Below, in pieces: positions 9,840 through 19,851 of a DNA stretch of 64,000 bases. Each line of letters starts with the position of its first letter. The stretch's first letter is position 1. The translations under genes were made by a program, and so were the position numbers. The stretch is from an uncultured Myxococcales bacterium. Its GTDB lineage: Bacteria > Myxococcota_A > Polyangia > Palsa-1104 > JAEUJZ01. The stretch covers positions 7,925 to 71,924 of the forward strand of contig CAYTGC010000002.1 in NCBI GenBank assembly GCA_964437195.1, read 5' to 3'. The notes below the pieces were generated by a model. It worked only from the letters and a program-made list of their open reading frames with translations. It searched no databases and was not told the origin of the DNA.

Positions 9840-10202
9840 TTAGGAATCGCGGTGAACTGTGGCTGGTGAAAACGCCGGCAGACAGACCGCAATGTACTCT
9901 GCTCCGTCGGGACCGGGCGTGCTGTAGCGGACCCACTCACCTTTTTTCGCCAAGACCGCTTCACCGGCTTTGACTTCGACGCTGCCATCGCGTGTCGTCA
10001 CCGTGAGTGCACCAGCGAGTACGACCGTATACTCGTCAAACTCGGGAGTCTGTCCGGGCTCGACCCAGCCGCTTGGACTGCGCATGCGCGCCAGGCTGAG
10101 CGCGTCGGTTTGGGAGTTGACCCGGCCAAAGAACTCCTCGATGAGCTTGGGCTTGTTGCCTGCGGCCTCGATGACCGTCGGTTTGCGAATGTGCTTCAGC
10201 AT
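9840..10202 (-). CDS. Cupin-domain protein
   Basis: Small beta-barrel-like sequence (GEWVRYSTPGPDGAEYIAVCLPAF). The internal Met MLKHIRKPTV was used as the start. Confidence 0.5.
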   Translation of the reverse strand: MLKHIRKPTVIEAAGNKPKLIEEFFGRVNSQTDALSLARMRSPSGWVEPGQTPEFDEYTVVLAGALTVTTRDGSVEVKAGEAVLAKKGEWVRYSTPGPDGAEYIAVCLPAFSPATVHRDS

Positions 10203-10250
10203 GCAGACACCGTATCGGCTTTTTTGCACCTTGGGAACAAAACCCAGCGC

Positions 10251-11270
10251 TTACGGAATCGCCGCGTACCGGGACTTCCAGCGAAGGAACATCCGTTCAA
10301 AGTAGCGGTGACTGATGTTGGCGGCGAGAAGCCCAATCACCAGCGTCGATACGAAGAGTAGCCAAGGACGACCACCCAGGACATCTTTGCCGACCCGTCG
10401 CGCCACGTTGAGCGAGAGCATATGCAAAAGATAGAGCCCGTAGCTAAGCTGTCCGATGTGCTGAAGCGGCGGCAAGGAGAGCAGTCCCTGCAGGCTGTGG
10501 TCTTCCTTGACGACGCAGGTCGCGACCAGGATCGCAAATCCAACGATGACAAGGGGGTCTGGAACTGCGGCTTGGGTCAGCATTCCACCGACGAGGAGGA
10601 ACGCCCAAAACGAAGCCCCGCGCACTTGCAAAAACCGGGTCCAGCGGTAGCTCTGCGGATGATGAAACAGGTGGGCGATTCCTACCCCGAGCAGGATGCT
10701 CCAAAATGGCCACAAGCGGAGTCCTCCCACAATGAACAGGAGTGCCAGCACTGCAGCGGACGCAAAGGCAAAGCGCGCTTTTTTTTCCAGCCAAGGCCAC
10801 AGCAGATAGAACTGTTCCTCGACAGCGAGTGACCACGCGAAGTAGAAAATCGTCCGACCATTCGAATCGCTTTGCGGCACAAACCAGTTTGAGCAGTACG
10901 TCGCGAAGTAGCGCAGGTTGTGCCAGAAATTGTGGCCCGCCAAGCTGTCTCGCTCGGCCTTGAACACGAGCGCTGTGTACAGCAGAAGCACTGCATAGTA
11001 GAGCGGAAAAATGCGAAGTGCTCGACGGAAAAAGAACTTCCGAATCGAGATGTCGCCTGTGCTGTCCTTTTCGCGCAAAAGCAGGGTCGAGATGAGGAAT
11101 CCGCTTATCACAAAGAACAGATACACTCCCAAGTAGCCGCGTGAAGCCAGCGTACTGTGGGGGAAATCGTGACTCGCGGTGTGATGCCAGATCACCGCCA
11201 GGATGCTGAGCGCCCGCAGCCCGTCGAGCGACCCGAACGTCCGCGTGGCGACAAAGCGCGCATGGGTCAT
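10251..11270 (-). CDS. Acyltransferase family 3 (OatA/OafA-like) membrane protein
   Basis: N-terminal LDGLRALSILAVIWHH...YLGVYLFFVISGFLIS motif and multiple TM helices are present. Confidence 0.85.
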   Translation of the reverse strand: MTHARFVATRTFGSLDGLRALSILAVIWHHTASHDFPHSTLASRGYLGVYLFFVISGFLISTLLLREKDSTGDISIRKFFFRRALRIFPLYYAVLLLYTALVFKAERDSLAGHNFWHNLRYFATYCSNWFVPQSDSNGRTIFYFAWSLAVEEQFYLLWPWLEKKARFAFASAAVLALLFIVGGLRLWPFWSILLGVGIAHLFHHPQSYRWTRFLQVRGASFWAFLLVGGMLTQAAVPDPLVIVGFAILVATCVVKEDHSLQGLLSLPPLQHIGQLSYGLYLLHMLSLNVARRVGKDVLGGRPWLLFVSTLVIGLLAANISHRYFERMFLRWKSRYAAIP

Positions 11271-11279
11271 TGCGTGTGT

Positions 11280-12728
11280 CTACCGTGCGGACAGGAGCGC
11301 TTCTGCGGCCTTCTGACAGACTTCCAGCAGCGGGCCTGGATACGCTCCCAGACCGACCACCAGCAGCAGACAGAGCACAATGGTGACCGCGAGCCACGGC
11401 TCAACTTGCACCGGCTCGGTTCGCACCGGCTTGTCCATGTAGGCCGATCGGGCGACTTGCAGGTAGTAGAAAAGACCGACCACTGCAAGGACTGCACCGA
11501 CGACAACCAGCCATCCCATGCCCGCTTGGTAGGCCGCCATAAAGACATACAGCTTGGCCCAGAAGCCGATCACAAAGGGGATGCCCGCCAGGGACAAAAG
11601 GAAGACAAGGAGCGCCATTCCGAGCCAAGGTGAGCGCTTGGCAAGTCCAGCAAATCCAGTCATGGTGTCGTCACCTTCCCCGTCGCTGACAGCATGCACG
11701 ACGAGGAATGCGCCGATGTTGGTTGCCGCGTAGCCGCACAGATAGAACAGGAGCATTCCCAGCGCGTACGCATTGCCCACACACAGCGAGAGCAGCATGT
11801 AACCGATCTGTGCCACACCGGAATAACCGAGCAGACGCTTGACGTTTTTTTGTGGCAGCGCCATCAGGTTTCCGACGGTCATGGTCACGACTGCCAAGCC
11901 GATGAGGGCTGGCTTCCAGACCTCGTGCGGGACCGCTTTTTGCGACAGCACGGCCAGGGTCACAAGGCCCGCCGCTTTCGGTGCCACCGAGAGGAATGTC
12001 ACCACCGGGGTCATCGCGCCTTGGTAGGTATCAGGCACCCACATGTGAAACGGCACAGCGCCGACCTTAAAGCCCATTCCACCGAGGACGAGCAGCATTC
12101 CCACCATCGCGAGCGGCGTGGTCGGGGCCGCCAAGATTGCATCGAGGTGCGTGCTGCCCACGCTGCCTACGAGAAGCGACAGACCGAACATCGTGACCGT
12201 CGTTGATGCGCCTCCGACGAGATACAGCTTCAGGCCCGCTTCCGCCCCTTGGCGCAGCACTTTCTGGCGATTTTCAGGGGTCGACTCATCGCGCGACAGC
12301 GCCGCCATGATGTAAAGCGGAATGCCCATCAGCTCGAAGCTGACGATCAGCAAGATCAGATCACGCGCACCCGGCAGCAGCATCATTCCCGACAGACACA
12401 GCAGCAGCAGGAAGTGATATTCGCCTTGTTTCTTCTGCGTCTTTTGCGAAAGCCACTCCTTGCCTCCGAGCACGCACAGCAGCGTTGCAGACAGCAGGAG
12501 CTGTTTCACCAGGACGGAAAACGCGCTGCCAACGTAGACCGATCCGATGCTTCCAGTGCCGTCGAGCTTCGTGGTCAGATACAGTGCCGCCGCAAGGAGA
12601 ATCGCGGTTAGCGTGGAAAGGTGTCTGCGCGCTGCATCCGGTACGTACATGTCGATGAGCAGCAGCAAAAGCGCTCCGCCCGCGACGAAGAGATCGACCC
12701 AGATGGGCTGTAGAAGTTCTAGGCTCAT
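11280..12728 (-). CDS. nuoN: NADH-quinone oxidoreductase subunit N
   Basis: 482-aa polytopic antiporter-like subunit. Its position is last in the nuo cluster. Its start overlaps the nuoM stop. Confidence 0.9.
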   Translation of the reverse strand: MSLELLQPIWVDLFVAGGALLLLLIDMYVPDAARRHLSTLTAILLAAALYLTTKLDGTGSIGSVYVGSAFSVLVKQLLLSATLLCVLGGKEWLSQKTQKKQGEYHFLLLLCLSGMMLLPGARDLILLIVSFELMGIPLYIMAALSRDESTPENRQKVLRQGAEAGLKLYLVGGASTTVTMFGLSLLVGSVGSTHLDAILAAPTTPLAMVGMLLVLGGMGFKVGAVPFHMWVPDTYQGAMTPVVTFLSVAPKAAGLVTLAVLSQKAVPHEVWKPALIGLAVVTMTVGNLMALPQKNVKRLLGYSGVAQIGYMLLSLCVGNAYALGMLLFYLCGYAATNIGAFLVVHAVSDGEGDDTMTGFAGLAKRSPWLGMALLVFLLSLAGIPFVIGFWAKLYVFMAAYQAGMGWLVVVGAVLAVVGLFYYLQVARSAYMDKPVRTEPVQVEPWLAVTIVLCLLLVVGLGAYPGPLLEVCQKAAEALLSAR

Positions 12729-14278
12729 GGAAGAACCCCCACTTTGAGCACAGTGCCCAAGGCCATGCGCAGATAGTTGGTCGTCGTCGGATCAATGAAG
12801 TCGAGCAGGAGTCGCGGCCAGATTCCGCACAGAAGCAGCGTGCCGCCCAAGATCCACAGCGGCGCCCACTCGACTTTGCGAACATCGCGCAGGTCGTGGA
12901 AGTGATCGCTCGGTCCGTCGCCAAAGAAGACTGCGCGCGACACCCGTAGGACATAGACCGCGGTGACAAACGCGCCGATCACGCCACAGATCGACCACCA
13001 GGGGCGCGGACTCTGCCAGCCACCTGCGAAGACCAGGAACTCAGCGACAAAGCCTGCGGTTCCGGGCAGCCCCAGCGACGACAAACCGGCCAGTGTGAAG
13101 AAAGCCGCAACGCCCGGCATCACATTCGCAAAGCCACCCATCTTGGCGACCTCGCGGCTGTGGGCTCGCTCATAAATGTGACCCACCAGGGCGAAGAACA
13201 GTCCGGTCATGATTCCGTGCGCAAACATCTGGTAGACCGCGCCGTTCCAGCCCGACTGCGTCAGCGTGGCTGCACCCAGCATCACGACGCCCATGTGACT
13301 GACCGAGGAGTACGCAATGATGTACTTGAGGTCTTTTTGCGACAGGGCCGACATCGCGCCATAGACGACGTTCACGACCGCAACACCACCGACGATCGGA
13401 GCCCAAAACTGGGCGCCATCGGGCAGCATCATCATGCCGATGCGCATCACACCAAACGCGCCCAGCTTCATCAGCACGCCGGCATGCAGCATCGAAACCG
13501 CCGTTGGTGCGGACGCGTGACCATCGGGCGACCAGGTGTGAAACGGAAACACGCCCGCCAGCGATCCAAAGCCCAGCCAGAACATCACAAAGGTCCAGAT
13601 CTGAAGGCTCTTTGGATAGTGCGCCTTGGCCAGCACCGCCATGTCGAACGTTCCCGCGCCCGACGAGAAATAGAGCGCCAGCAGACCGACCAGGATGAAC
13701 GCCGAGCCGACCAGGAGCATCAGCGTCAGCTTCATCGCGGCGTACTCGCGACCGCCGATGTCAAACCACTTCCAGACAAAGCGCAGCGGACCCGCCTCGG
13801 TGACCTTGTGGCTCGAACCCCAGATGCCGATAAGCAGATACATCGGCAGCACCGCGATTTCGTAGAACAGGAAGAACACGAACAGGTCCTGCGAGACAAA
13901 CACGCCGAACACACCAGCGACGAGAACGAGCAGCAGGACGAAGAACTCTTTGGGCCGATCGGCAAGGCCAAAGCTCGCGAGCACACCGGCAAAGATGATG
14001 ACGCCGGTGAGGATGAGGAGTGAGACGCCCCAGCCGTCGACCGCCATCCGAAGCTCGATGCCGAGCGATGGCACGAGCGGATAGATTTCAGAGAGCTGCA
14101 GACCGCTGGCCTGCGGGTTGTAAAGCTGCGCGACATACAGACTGCCGAGCAGCGAGACCAGCGCGCCGAGCGCCGACGTGAGCCGAATGAGCGTGTGCTG
14201 TCCCGGGGGCAGCATCATCACCACAAGTGCAGCGACCATGGGGGCCGCCACAATCAGCGAGAGGATGTGCTCGGTCAT
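12725..14278 (-). CDS. nuoM: NADH-quinone oxidoreductase subunit M
   Basis: Antiporter-like subunit. True start MTEHILSL is at 14278. ATGA overlap with the nuoL stop at 14275-14278 was verified in the sequence. Confidence 0.9.
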   Translation of the reverse strand: MTEHILSLIVAAPMVAALVVMMLPPGQHTLIRLTSALGALVSLLGSLYVAQLYNPQASGLQLSEIYPLVPSLGIELRMAVDGWGVSLLILTGVIIFAGVLASFGLADRPKEFFVLLLVLVAGVFGVFVSQDLFVFFLFYEIAVLPMYLLIGIWGSSHKVTEAGPLRFVWKWFDIGGREYAAMKLTLMLLVGSAFILVGLLALYFSSGAGTFDMAVLAKAHYPKSLQIWTFVMFWLGFGSLAGVFPFHTWSPDGHASAPTAVSMLHAGVLMKLGAFGVMRIGMMMLPDGAQFWAPIVGGVAVVNVVYGAMSALSQKDLKYIIAYSSVSHMGVVMLGAATLTQSGWNGAVYQMFAHGIMTGLFFALVGHIYERAHSREVAKMGGFANVMPGVAAFFTLAGLSSLGLPGTAGFVAEFLVFAGGWQSPRPWWSICGVIGAFVTAVYVLRVSRAVFFGDGPSDHFHDLRDVRKVEWAPLWILGGTLLLCGIWPRLLLDFIDPTTTNYLRMALGTVLKVGVLP

Positions 14279-16080
14279 CGCAGCACTCCGTAAAGAACGA
14301 GCAGAAGGACACCGCACACCGTCGCCAGAACATAGTCGGTGGCGATACCAGTCTGTACCTTGCGAATCTTCTGTCCCGACACCACAAACGCAAGCCCTGT
14401 GAGATTCATGAGTCCATCGACCAAGTATCTGTCGACCCAGCCAATCAGGGCCGCAAACGGCATCGCCAGGCGGTGAAATCCACCGACGTACAGCCGGTCC
14501 ATCGGCCCATACTCCACCAGTCGAGCCAGCGGAGCGAGCGGGGCAGGGTGCTCATCGGTGTTGCGGTACAGCACATACGCCAGCAAAAGCCCGAACAGTC
14601 CGAGTCCCGCCGCGATGATTCCAGTCGTTCCCAAGTGGAAGTGATACGCGGTTCCGTACAGCTGTCCGAACATCTTGCCGAAGTAGCCCGCTGCCAGCGC
14701 TGGCACCGCGAGAAGGACCAGCGGCAGGATCAGGACTGCTCCACTTTCGTGCGCGTGGCTCGCTTTTTCCGTCGCCGGAGCAAAGAACACGCGCAGCAGC
14801 AGGCGTCCCATGTAAAACGCGGTCAAAAACGCCGAGATGAGCAGCAGCAGAAGCTGCCAGGAAAAGCCGTGCTCCCCAACTGCTTCGAGGATCAGGTCTT
14901 TGCTAAAGAAGCCCGAAAGTCCCGGCAAGCCCGCCAGCGACAGCGATCCGATGAGGAACGTCACCATCGTCAGCGGCATCTTGCGGGCCAGTCCGCCCAT
15001 GTCTCGCATGTCGTTTGAGTGAACCGCGTGAATCACACTGCCCGCGCCCAGGAACAGCAGCGCTTTGAAGAACGCGTGCGTCGTTAGATGGAAAAAACCA
15101 CCGAGCAGCGATCCGGCTCCCAGCGCCGCAATCATGTAACCCAGCTGCGAACAGGTCGAGTAGGCGAGCACTTTCTTGATGTCGTTTTGGAACAGCGCCA
15201 TCGTCGCTGCGACCAGCGCCGTCACACTTCCCACTGCGAGCATGAGCTGCCGCGTTCCTTGCGCCAGCTCAAACAGCGGCCAGCCTCGCACGATCAGGAA
15301 TACGCCCGCTGCAACCATTGTCGCGGCGTGGAGTAGTGCAGAGACCGGCGTTGGACCCTCCATCGCATCGGGCAGCCAGACGTGCAGCGGAAACTGCGCC
15401 GACTTGCCCATCACTGCGACAAACAGAAGCAGCGTGACCAGGTTGGCCGCCGACGGTGCGATCTGTACATCCCAGTCAAAGCTGCCCGCTTTGCTGCGCA
15501 GGACCAAAAGCCCGATGAGCAGTCCCATGTCGGCAAACTTGGTGACCCAGAATGCCTTGACGGCGGCTCGCGCGGCGCTCGGTTTTTTGAAGTAGTAGCC
15601 GATGAGCAGATAGCTGGTTACACCGACAAGCTCCCAGCCCAAAAACAGCTGCAGGAGGTTTGGGGCCAGCACCAAGATGTTCATCGCCGTCAGAAACAGC
15701 GAGTGATAGGTAAAGTAGCGACCTTGCGATTCCTTTGGCTCGTCGTGCATATAGCCAATCGAGAAGATCTGCACGCACGAGGCCACAAACGTCACCACCA
15801 GCAGCATCGACGCTGAGATGCCGTCAATGCGCAGACCAATCTCGGCGAGCGGCACCCCACCTTGCGGCAGCCACGGAACCGTAAGCAGCTGCGGCGCCGT
15901 CGGTGTAAGCTGTCCTTTGCAGAGCAGAATCGCCGCCCCAAGAGACGTAAGCGCCGCCGACACCGACAGCAGAATCGCCGTCCCCCGATGGCGCAGCCAA
16001 GGCACCACGGCGAGCAGCAGCGCGATCGCTCCAGGCAAAAGGAGCGCCACAAGCGCGAGCGAGTGAGCAGACTGAATCAT
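14275..16080 (-). CDS. nuoL: NADH-quinone oxidoreductase subunit L
   Basis: 601-aa antiporter-like subunit with C-terminal amphipathic extension. Confidence 0.9.
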   Translation of the reverse strand: MIQSAHSLALVALLLPGAIALLLAVVPWLRHRGTAILLSVSAALTSLGAAILLCKGQLTPTAPQLLTVPWLPQGGVPLAEIGLRIDGISASMLLVVTFVASCVQIFSIGYMHDEPKESQGRYFTYHSLFLTAMNILVLAPNLLQLFLGWELVGVTSYLLIGYYFKKPSAARAAVKAFWVTKFADMGLLIGLLVLRSKAGSFDWDVQIAPSAANLVTLLLFVAVMGKSAQFPLHVWLPDAMEGPTPVSALLHAATMVAAGVFLIVRGWPLFELAQGTRQLMLAVGSVTALVAATMALFQNDIKKVLAYSTCSQLGYMIAALGAGSLLGGFFHLTTHAFFKALLFLGAGSVIHAVHSNDMRDMGGLARKMPLTMVTFLIGSLSLAGLPGLSGFFSKDLILEAVGEHGFSWQLLLLLISAFLTAFYMGRLLLRVFFAPATEKASHAHESGAVLILPLVLLAVPALAAGYFGKMFGQLYGTAYHFHLGTTGIIAAGLGLFGLLLAYVLYRNTDEHPAPLAPLARLVEYGPMDRLYVGGFHRLAMPFAALIGWVDRYLVDGLMNLTGLAFVVSGQKIRKVQTGIATDYVLATVCGVLLLVLYGVLR

Positions 16081-16092
16081 CGCGAGCGCCTC

Positions 16093-16392
16093 CTACTCTT
16101 TGAATTCGCTCGCCCGGCCCACTTGCGCGTCGCGATAGGCCCGGTGAACAAGGATCACAATCGCGAGTCCGACCACCACTTCGGTGACGGTGAGCGCGAT
16201 CGAAAACAGCGCAAAGACCTGACCGATGCTGTCGCCGCGGAAGCGCGAAAACGAGATCAGGTTGATGTTGGTCGCATTGGCCATAAGCTCCAGAGACAGA
16301 AGGAGTCCGATGGCGTGGCGGTGTGTGAGCAGTCCGTAAAGACCGATGCAGAACAGCGCTGCCGACAGCATGAGACACAGACCGAGTGTCAT
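16093..16392 (-). CDS. nuoK: NADH-quinone oxidoreductase subunit K
   Basis: 99-aa three-TM protein (LSLELMANATNINLI...). Confidence 0.9.
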   Translation of the reverse strand: MTLGLCLMLSAALFCIGLYGLLTHRHAIGLLLSLELMANATNINLISFSRFRGDSIGQVFALFSIALTVTEVVVGLAIVILVHRAYRDAQVGRASEFKE

Positions 16393-16901
16393 CGGGACTC
16401 CTCCGAAATCTGGACGGGGCGATCGCGGCGGAGCAGCACAATCGCGCCAATCATGGTCGCAAGCAGAAGAAGGGAGAGTGCTTCAAACGCCAGCGCGTGC
16501 TCGGTAAGCAGCAGTCGAGCCAGCTCTTTTGTCGTCGCTGGGGCCGCACTGTTTGTCGGCAGCTCGGGCGTCTTTTCAATCGCCTTCACCAGCATGCCCA
16601 GCATCGCCAGGGACAGCACGCCAGCCAGGTATGGACTCTTGTGCGGCAGCGATGCTTCCTTCTGATCGTGGCGCGTCAGCATCACACCCAAGATCATCAG
16701 CGTCATCACGCCACCGACGTAGAGCAGCACCTGGATTCCGGCCAAAAAGGGCGCTCTAAGCATCACATACAGCACGGCGGTTGCGCCCAGCACGACACCG
16801 AGCCACAGCACGCCATGAATCGCACTCTTTGCTCGGGCGACCAGCAGGGCCGCCAGCACAATGCAACCAGCGACGAGGCCAAAGCCAACTTGATCGATCA
16901 C
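16389..16901 (-). CDS. nuoJ: NADH-quinone oxidoreductase subunit J
   Basis: 170-aa hydrophobic subunit positioned between nuoI and nuoK. 4-bp overlaps on both sides. Confidence 0.85.
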   Translation of the reverse strand: MIDQVGFGLVAGCIVLAALLVARAKSAIHGVLWLGVVLGATAVLYVMLRAPFLAGIQVLLYVGGVMTLMILGVMLTRHDQKEASLPHKSPYLAGVLSLAMLGMLVKAIEKTPELPTNSAAPATTKELARLLLTEHALAFEALSLLLLATMIGAIVLLRRDRPVQISEESR

Positions 16902-17692
16902 AGGGCCTCCTTTGCGTCCGCTTTTGTGTCCGTTTGGCTAGATGCGGTGGCAACATTCGGGGCCGCAGGAGCCGTCTCTTTGGCTGCCGCTTCGATGGTC
17001 GCTGGCGGCTTGGTGTCCGTCGCCGGGGCGGATTCCTTTGCCGGTTCCGCAGCGGCCACAGGCGGCTTCGCATCGGTCGTAGGAGCCGATTCCTTTGCCG
17101 GTTCCGCAGCCGCTTTGGCGACCTTTCCTTTGCCAGCTTTCTTCGGTTTTTCGGCGCCCGCTTCGGCGGATTTCTCGTCGCCACCTTCTGCCGGCTTCGG
17201 CTTGCCACGCGCCGGATCTTGCATCTCCATCAGCTTGCCGCCGGTTCCCCACGACAGCGGCTTCTGCTTTTGATTGGCGTACAGCTTGTCCATCGTAAGG
17301 ACGAGATCTTCGCGACAAAAGCCTGGCTCTTCCGGGGCGCGACACATCACAATCGCGTCGGTGGGACAGACCTGCACGCACAGCTCGCAAAAGATGCAGG
17401 CTTCCAGATCGAGCGTGAAGTCTTCGGCGTAGCCGCGCTTTTTTCCAGTGACTTTCGATTCCCGCTTCGGCGCTTGCTTGATGGCGATGACCTGCGAAGG
17501 ACAGATCCGCTCGCAGGCCAGACAGCCGATGCACGCTTCGTCCCCGGTGTCATCGATGAGCAGCGCAAAGCTTACGCGGTGACGCTCGGGCCGGGGGCGA
17601 ATGACTGCCGGATACTCGATGGTGACCGAGGGCCGTAGGAAGTTGCGCAGCGTTGTCCCGAGCGCGCGAAAGGAGTCAGCAAAAAATCCCAT
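16898..17692 (-). CDS. nuoI: NADH-quinone oxidoreductase subunit I (2x[4Fe-4S]) with ~110-aa Ala/Lys/Pro/Glu-rich C-terminal extension
   Basis: Two CxxCxxCxxxCP ferredoxin motifs (CIGCLACERICP, CIFCELCVQVCP). Start MGFFADSF is at 17692. The C-terminal tail contains a duplicated AAEPAKESAP(T/A)TD(A/T)KPP unit. Confidence 0.85.
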   Translation of the reverse strand: MGFFADSFRALGTTLRNFLRPSVTIEYPAVIRPRPERHRVSFALLIDDTGDEACIGCLACERICPSQVIAIKQAPKRESKVTGKKRGYAEDFTLDLEACIFCELCVQVCPTDAIVMCRAPEEPGFCREDLVLTMDKLYANQKQKPLSWGTGGKLMEMQDPARGKPKPAEGGDEKSAEAGAEKPKKAGKGKVAKAAAEPAKESAPTTDAKPPVAAAEPAKESAPATDTKPPATIEAAAKETAPAAPNVATASSQTDTKADAKEAL

Positions 17693-17694
17693 CG

Positions 17695-18663
17695 CTAACC
17701 TCCCACCTTGGCAAACGCCGCCGCGGCCATGACCAAAAGCAGGCTCACCGGAACCAGCCATTTCCAGCACAGCGTCATCAGCTGATCCGAGCGAAACCGC
17801 AGCAGCGACCACCGCACCCAGTAAATCGACGCAAACAGAAGCAGCGTCTTTAGCACCATCCAGTGCAGTCCCGGGAAAAACGGGCCGTCCCAGCCGCCGA
17901 GGAACAGCACCGACGCCACTGCCGAGGCAATCAGCGTGTGAATGTACTCGGCCATGTAAAACAGACCGAACTTCATGCCGGTGTACTCGGTGGTAATGCC
18001 CGCGATAAGCTCACTTTCGGCTTCCGGAATGTCGAAGGGAATCCGGTTGGCTTCGGCCAGCGACGACAGGAAGAACAGCACAAACGCCGGTAGTCCTGGC
18101 AGCGTTGGCCAACACGCGATCCAGTGGTGATCGATTTGGTAACGGACGATGTCCGACATGCTCATCGAGCCGGACAAGATCACCGGAACCAGCGCCGACA
18201 GCACCATCGGAACCGAATAGGAAACCGACTGTGCGACGGCGCGCATGGCCCCGATGAGCGCAAACTTGTTGTTTGATGCCCAGCCTCCCATCCAGACCGG
18301 AATCAGGATGAGCGCATTGGCCGCAAGCACGTACAGCACCCCGACATCGAGGTCTGCCGCCACCACCGATGGGGAAAACGGAACGACAGCCGCGGTGGCG
18401 ACCGCAAATGCGCCGCACAGAATCGGGGCCAGCTCAAACAGCGCGCGGTCTGCTGCCGCCGGTGCGACGTGTTCCTTTTGCAGCATCTTGAGCACGTCGG
18501 CAATCGGTTGAAGGATTCCTGCCGGTCCCACCATCGTCGGTCCCATGCGCGACTGGATGCGAGCCGCAAACTTGCGCTCAAACCACAGACCCAGCGCGGT
18601 GACCGTCAAAACCACAGTGATAATGGGCAGACCATAGACAAGGCCATGGAGGAGCGCGTTCAC
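17695..18663 (-). CDS. nuoH: NADH-quinone oxidoreductase subunit H
   Basis: 322-aa polytopic subunit (FERKFAARIQSRMGPTMVGP... quinone-binding subunit signature). Confidence 0.9.
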   Translation of the reverse strand: MNALLHGLVYGLPIITVVLTVTALGLWFERKFAARIQSRMGPTMVGPAGILQPIADVLKMLQKEHVAPAAADRALFELAPILCGAFAVATAAVVPFSPSVVAADLDVGVLYVLAANALILIPVWMGGWASNNKFALIGAMRAVAQSVSYSVPMVLSALVPVILSGSMSMSDIVRYQIDHHWIACWPTLPGLPAFVLFFLSSLAEANRIPFDIPEAESELIAGITTEYTGMKFGLFYMAEYIHTLIASAVASVLFLGGWDGPFFPGLHWMVLKTLLLFASIYWVRWSLLRFRSDQLMTLCWKWLVPVSLLLVMAAAAFAKVGG

Positions 18664-19847
18664 CTGTCCACCTCTCCCATGATGGGGTCGAGCGAGCCGA
18701 GGATTACGACGGCATCCGCGACGACGTGACCGGGCAAAAGATAAGGAAGCGCCGACAGCGCATGAAAGCTGGGCGGACGGATTTTGAGGCGATACGGACT
18801 CGCATTCCCATCGCCACCACCCGCAATCACATAGGTGCCAAGCTCTCCTCGGGATGACTCCATCGCCGCGTAGACTTGGCCTTGAGCGACCTTCACCTGT
18901 CCGACGAGCTTGATTGGCTTGTAACCACAGATCGGACCTTCCGGAACCGAGTCGATGAGCGCACGGACAATCCGCAGACTCTCGCGCATCTCGGCAAGCC
19001 GCACAACCGATCGCGCCCAGCAGTCGCCTTCCTTTGCCGTCGCTACTTTGACTTCGATTTCATCGTAGGCGTGGTACGGCGCATCGCGACGCAGGTCGTG
19101 GTCGATCCCGCAGGCGCGCAGAATCGGTCCAGTAAGGCCCAGCTCCAGCGCAAGCTCTCCGTCGAGAACACCGATTCCTTTGGTGCGCTCGGCAAAGATG
19201 CTGTTCGCCAGCGTAATGCTCTCGTATTCCGGCAGGCGCGACTCGATCACCAAAAGCGCTTTCTTGACGCCCTCGGCCCAGCCCGGCGTGATGTCGTGAC
19301 GATTGCCACCGATGGTGTGGGTGTTGTAGTGGAAGCGCGCGCCGGTCACTTCCTCGAACAGATCGAGGATCATCTCGCGCTCGCGGAAGCAGTGCAAAAA
19401 CACCGATGCTCCACCGCCGATTGCGCCTCCCAGATCGAGCGCAAAGGTTCCCAGCCACAGAAGGTGCGACGCAATGCGCTGAAGCTCTGCAAAGATCGTC
19501 CGCAGATAGCGCGCTCGACGGGGAACTTCGACGCCGAGCAGTTTTTCGAACGCCATGTTGATCGCCTGCTCGTTGTGCATCGGCGATACGTAGTCGTTCT
19601 TGTCGACGATGGGCGTTACCTGCACATAGGTCAGCCGCTCGCACAGCTTTTCGACGCCACGATGCAGATAACCAAGATCGGGCACGGCCTTCACGATCTT
19701 TTCGCCGTCGAGATAAAGCTGCATCCGAAACACGCCATGTGTCGACGGATGCTGCGGCCCGAAGTTCAGGACCATGAGGTCCGCTTCCGGCTCGTAGGTG
19801 TCGAGCGAAAGATGCGGATTGTGCCGTTTGATTTGCACAAGACTCAT
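18660..19847 (-). CDS. nuoD: NADH-quinone oxidoreductase subunit D (49 kDa)
   Basis: Internal start MSLVQIKRHNPHLSLDTYE...NFGPQHPSTHGVFRM. ORF track extension upstream is an artefact. Confidence 0.9.
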   Translation of the reverse strand: MSLVQIKRHNPHLSLDTYEPEADLMVLNFGPQHPSTHGVFRMQLYLDGEKIVKAVPDLGYLHRGVEKLCERLTYVQVTPIVDKNDYVSPMHNEQAINMAFEKLLGVEVPRRARYLRTIFAELQRIASHLLWLGTFALDLGGAIGGGASVFLHCFREREMILDLFEEVTGARFHYNTHTIGGNRHDITPGWAEGVKKALLVIESRLPEYESITLANSIFAERTKGIGVLDGELALELGLTGPILRACGIDHDLRRDAPYHAYDEIEVKVATAKEGDCWARSVVRLAEMRESLRIVRALIDSVPEGPICGYKPIKLVGQVKVAQGQVYAAMESSRGELGTYVIAGGGDGNASPYRLKIRPPSFHALSALPYLLPGHVVADAVVILGSLDPIMGEVDR

Positions 19848-19851
19848 CGGC

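Noticed and set aside
13160-14023. Large antisense or alternative-frame ORFs inside nuo, atp, kinase and RND genes (e.g. 13160..14023 +, 16781..17638 +, 3951..4460 -, 42631..43248 -, 44241..45051 -)
   Set aside because: These are typical spurious open frames of high-GC DNA. They are Arg/Ala/Pro-rich nonsense lying opposite well-supported genes.
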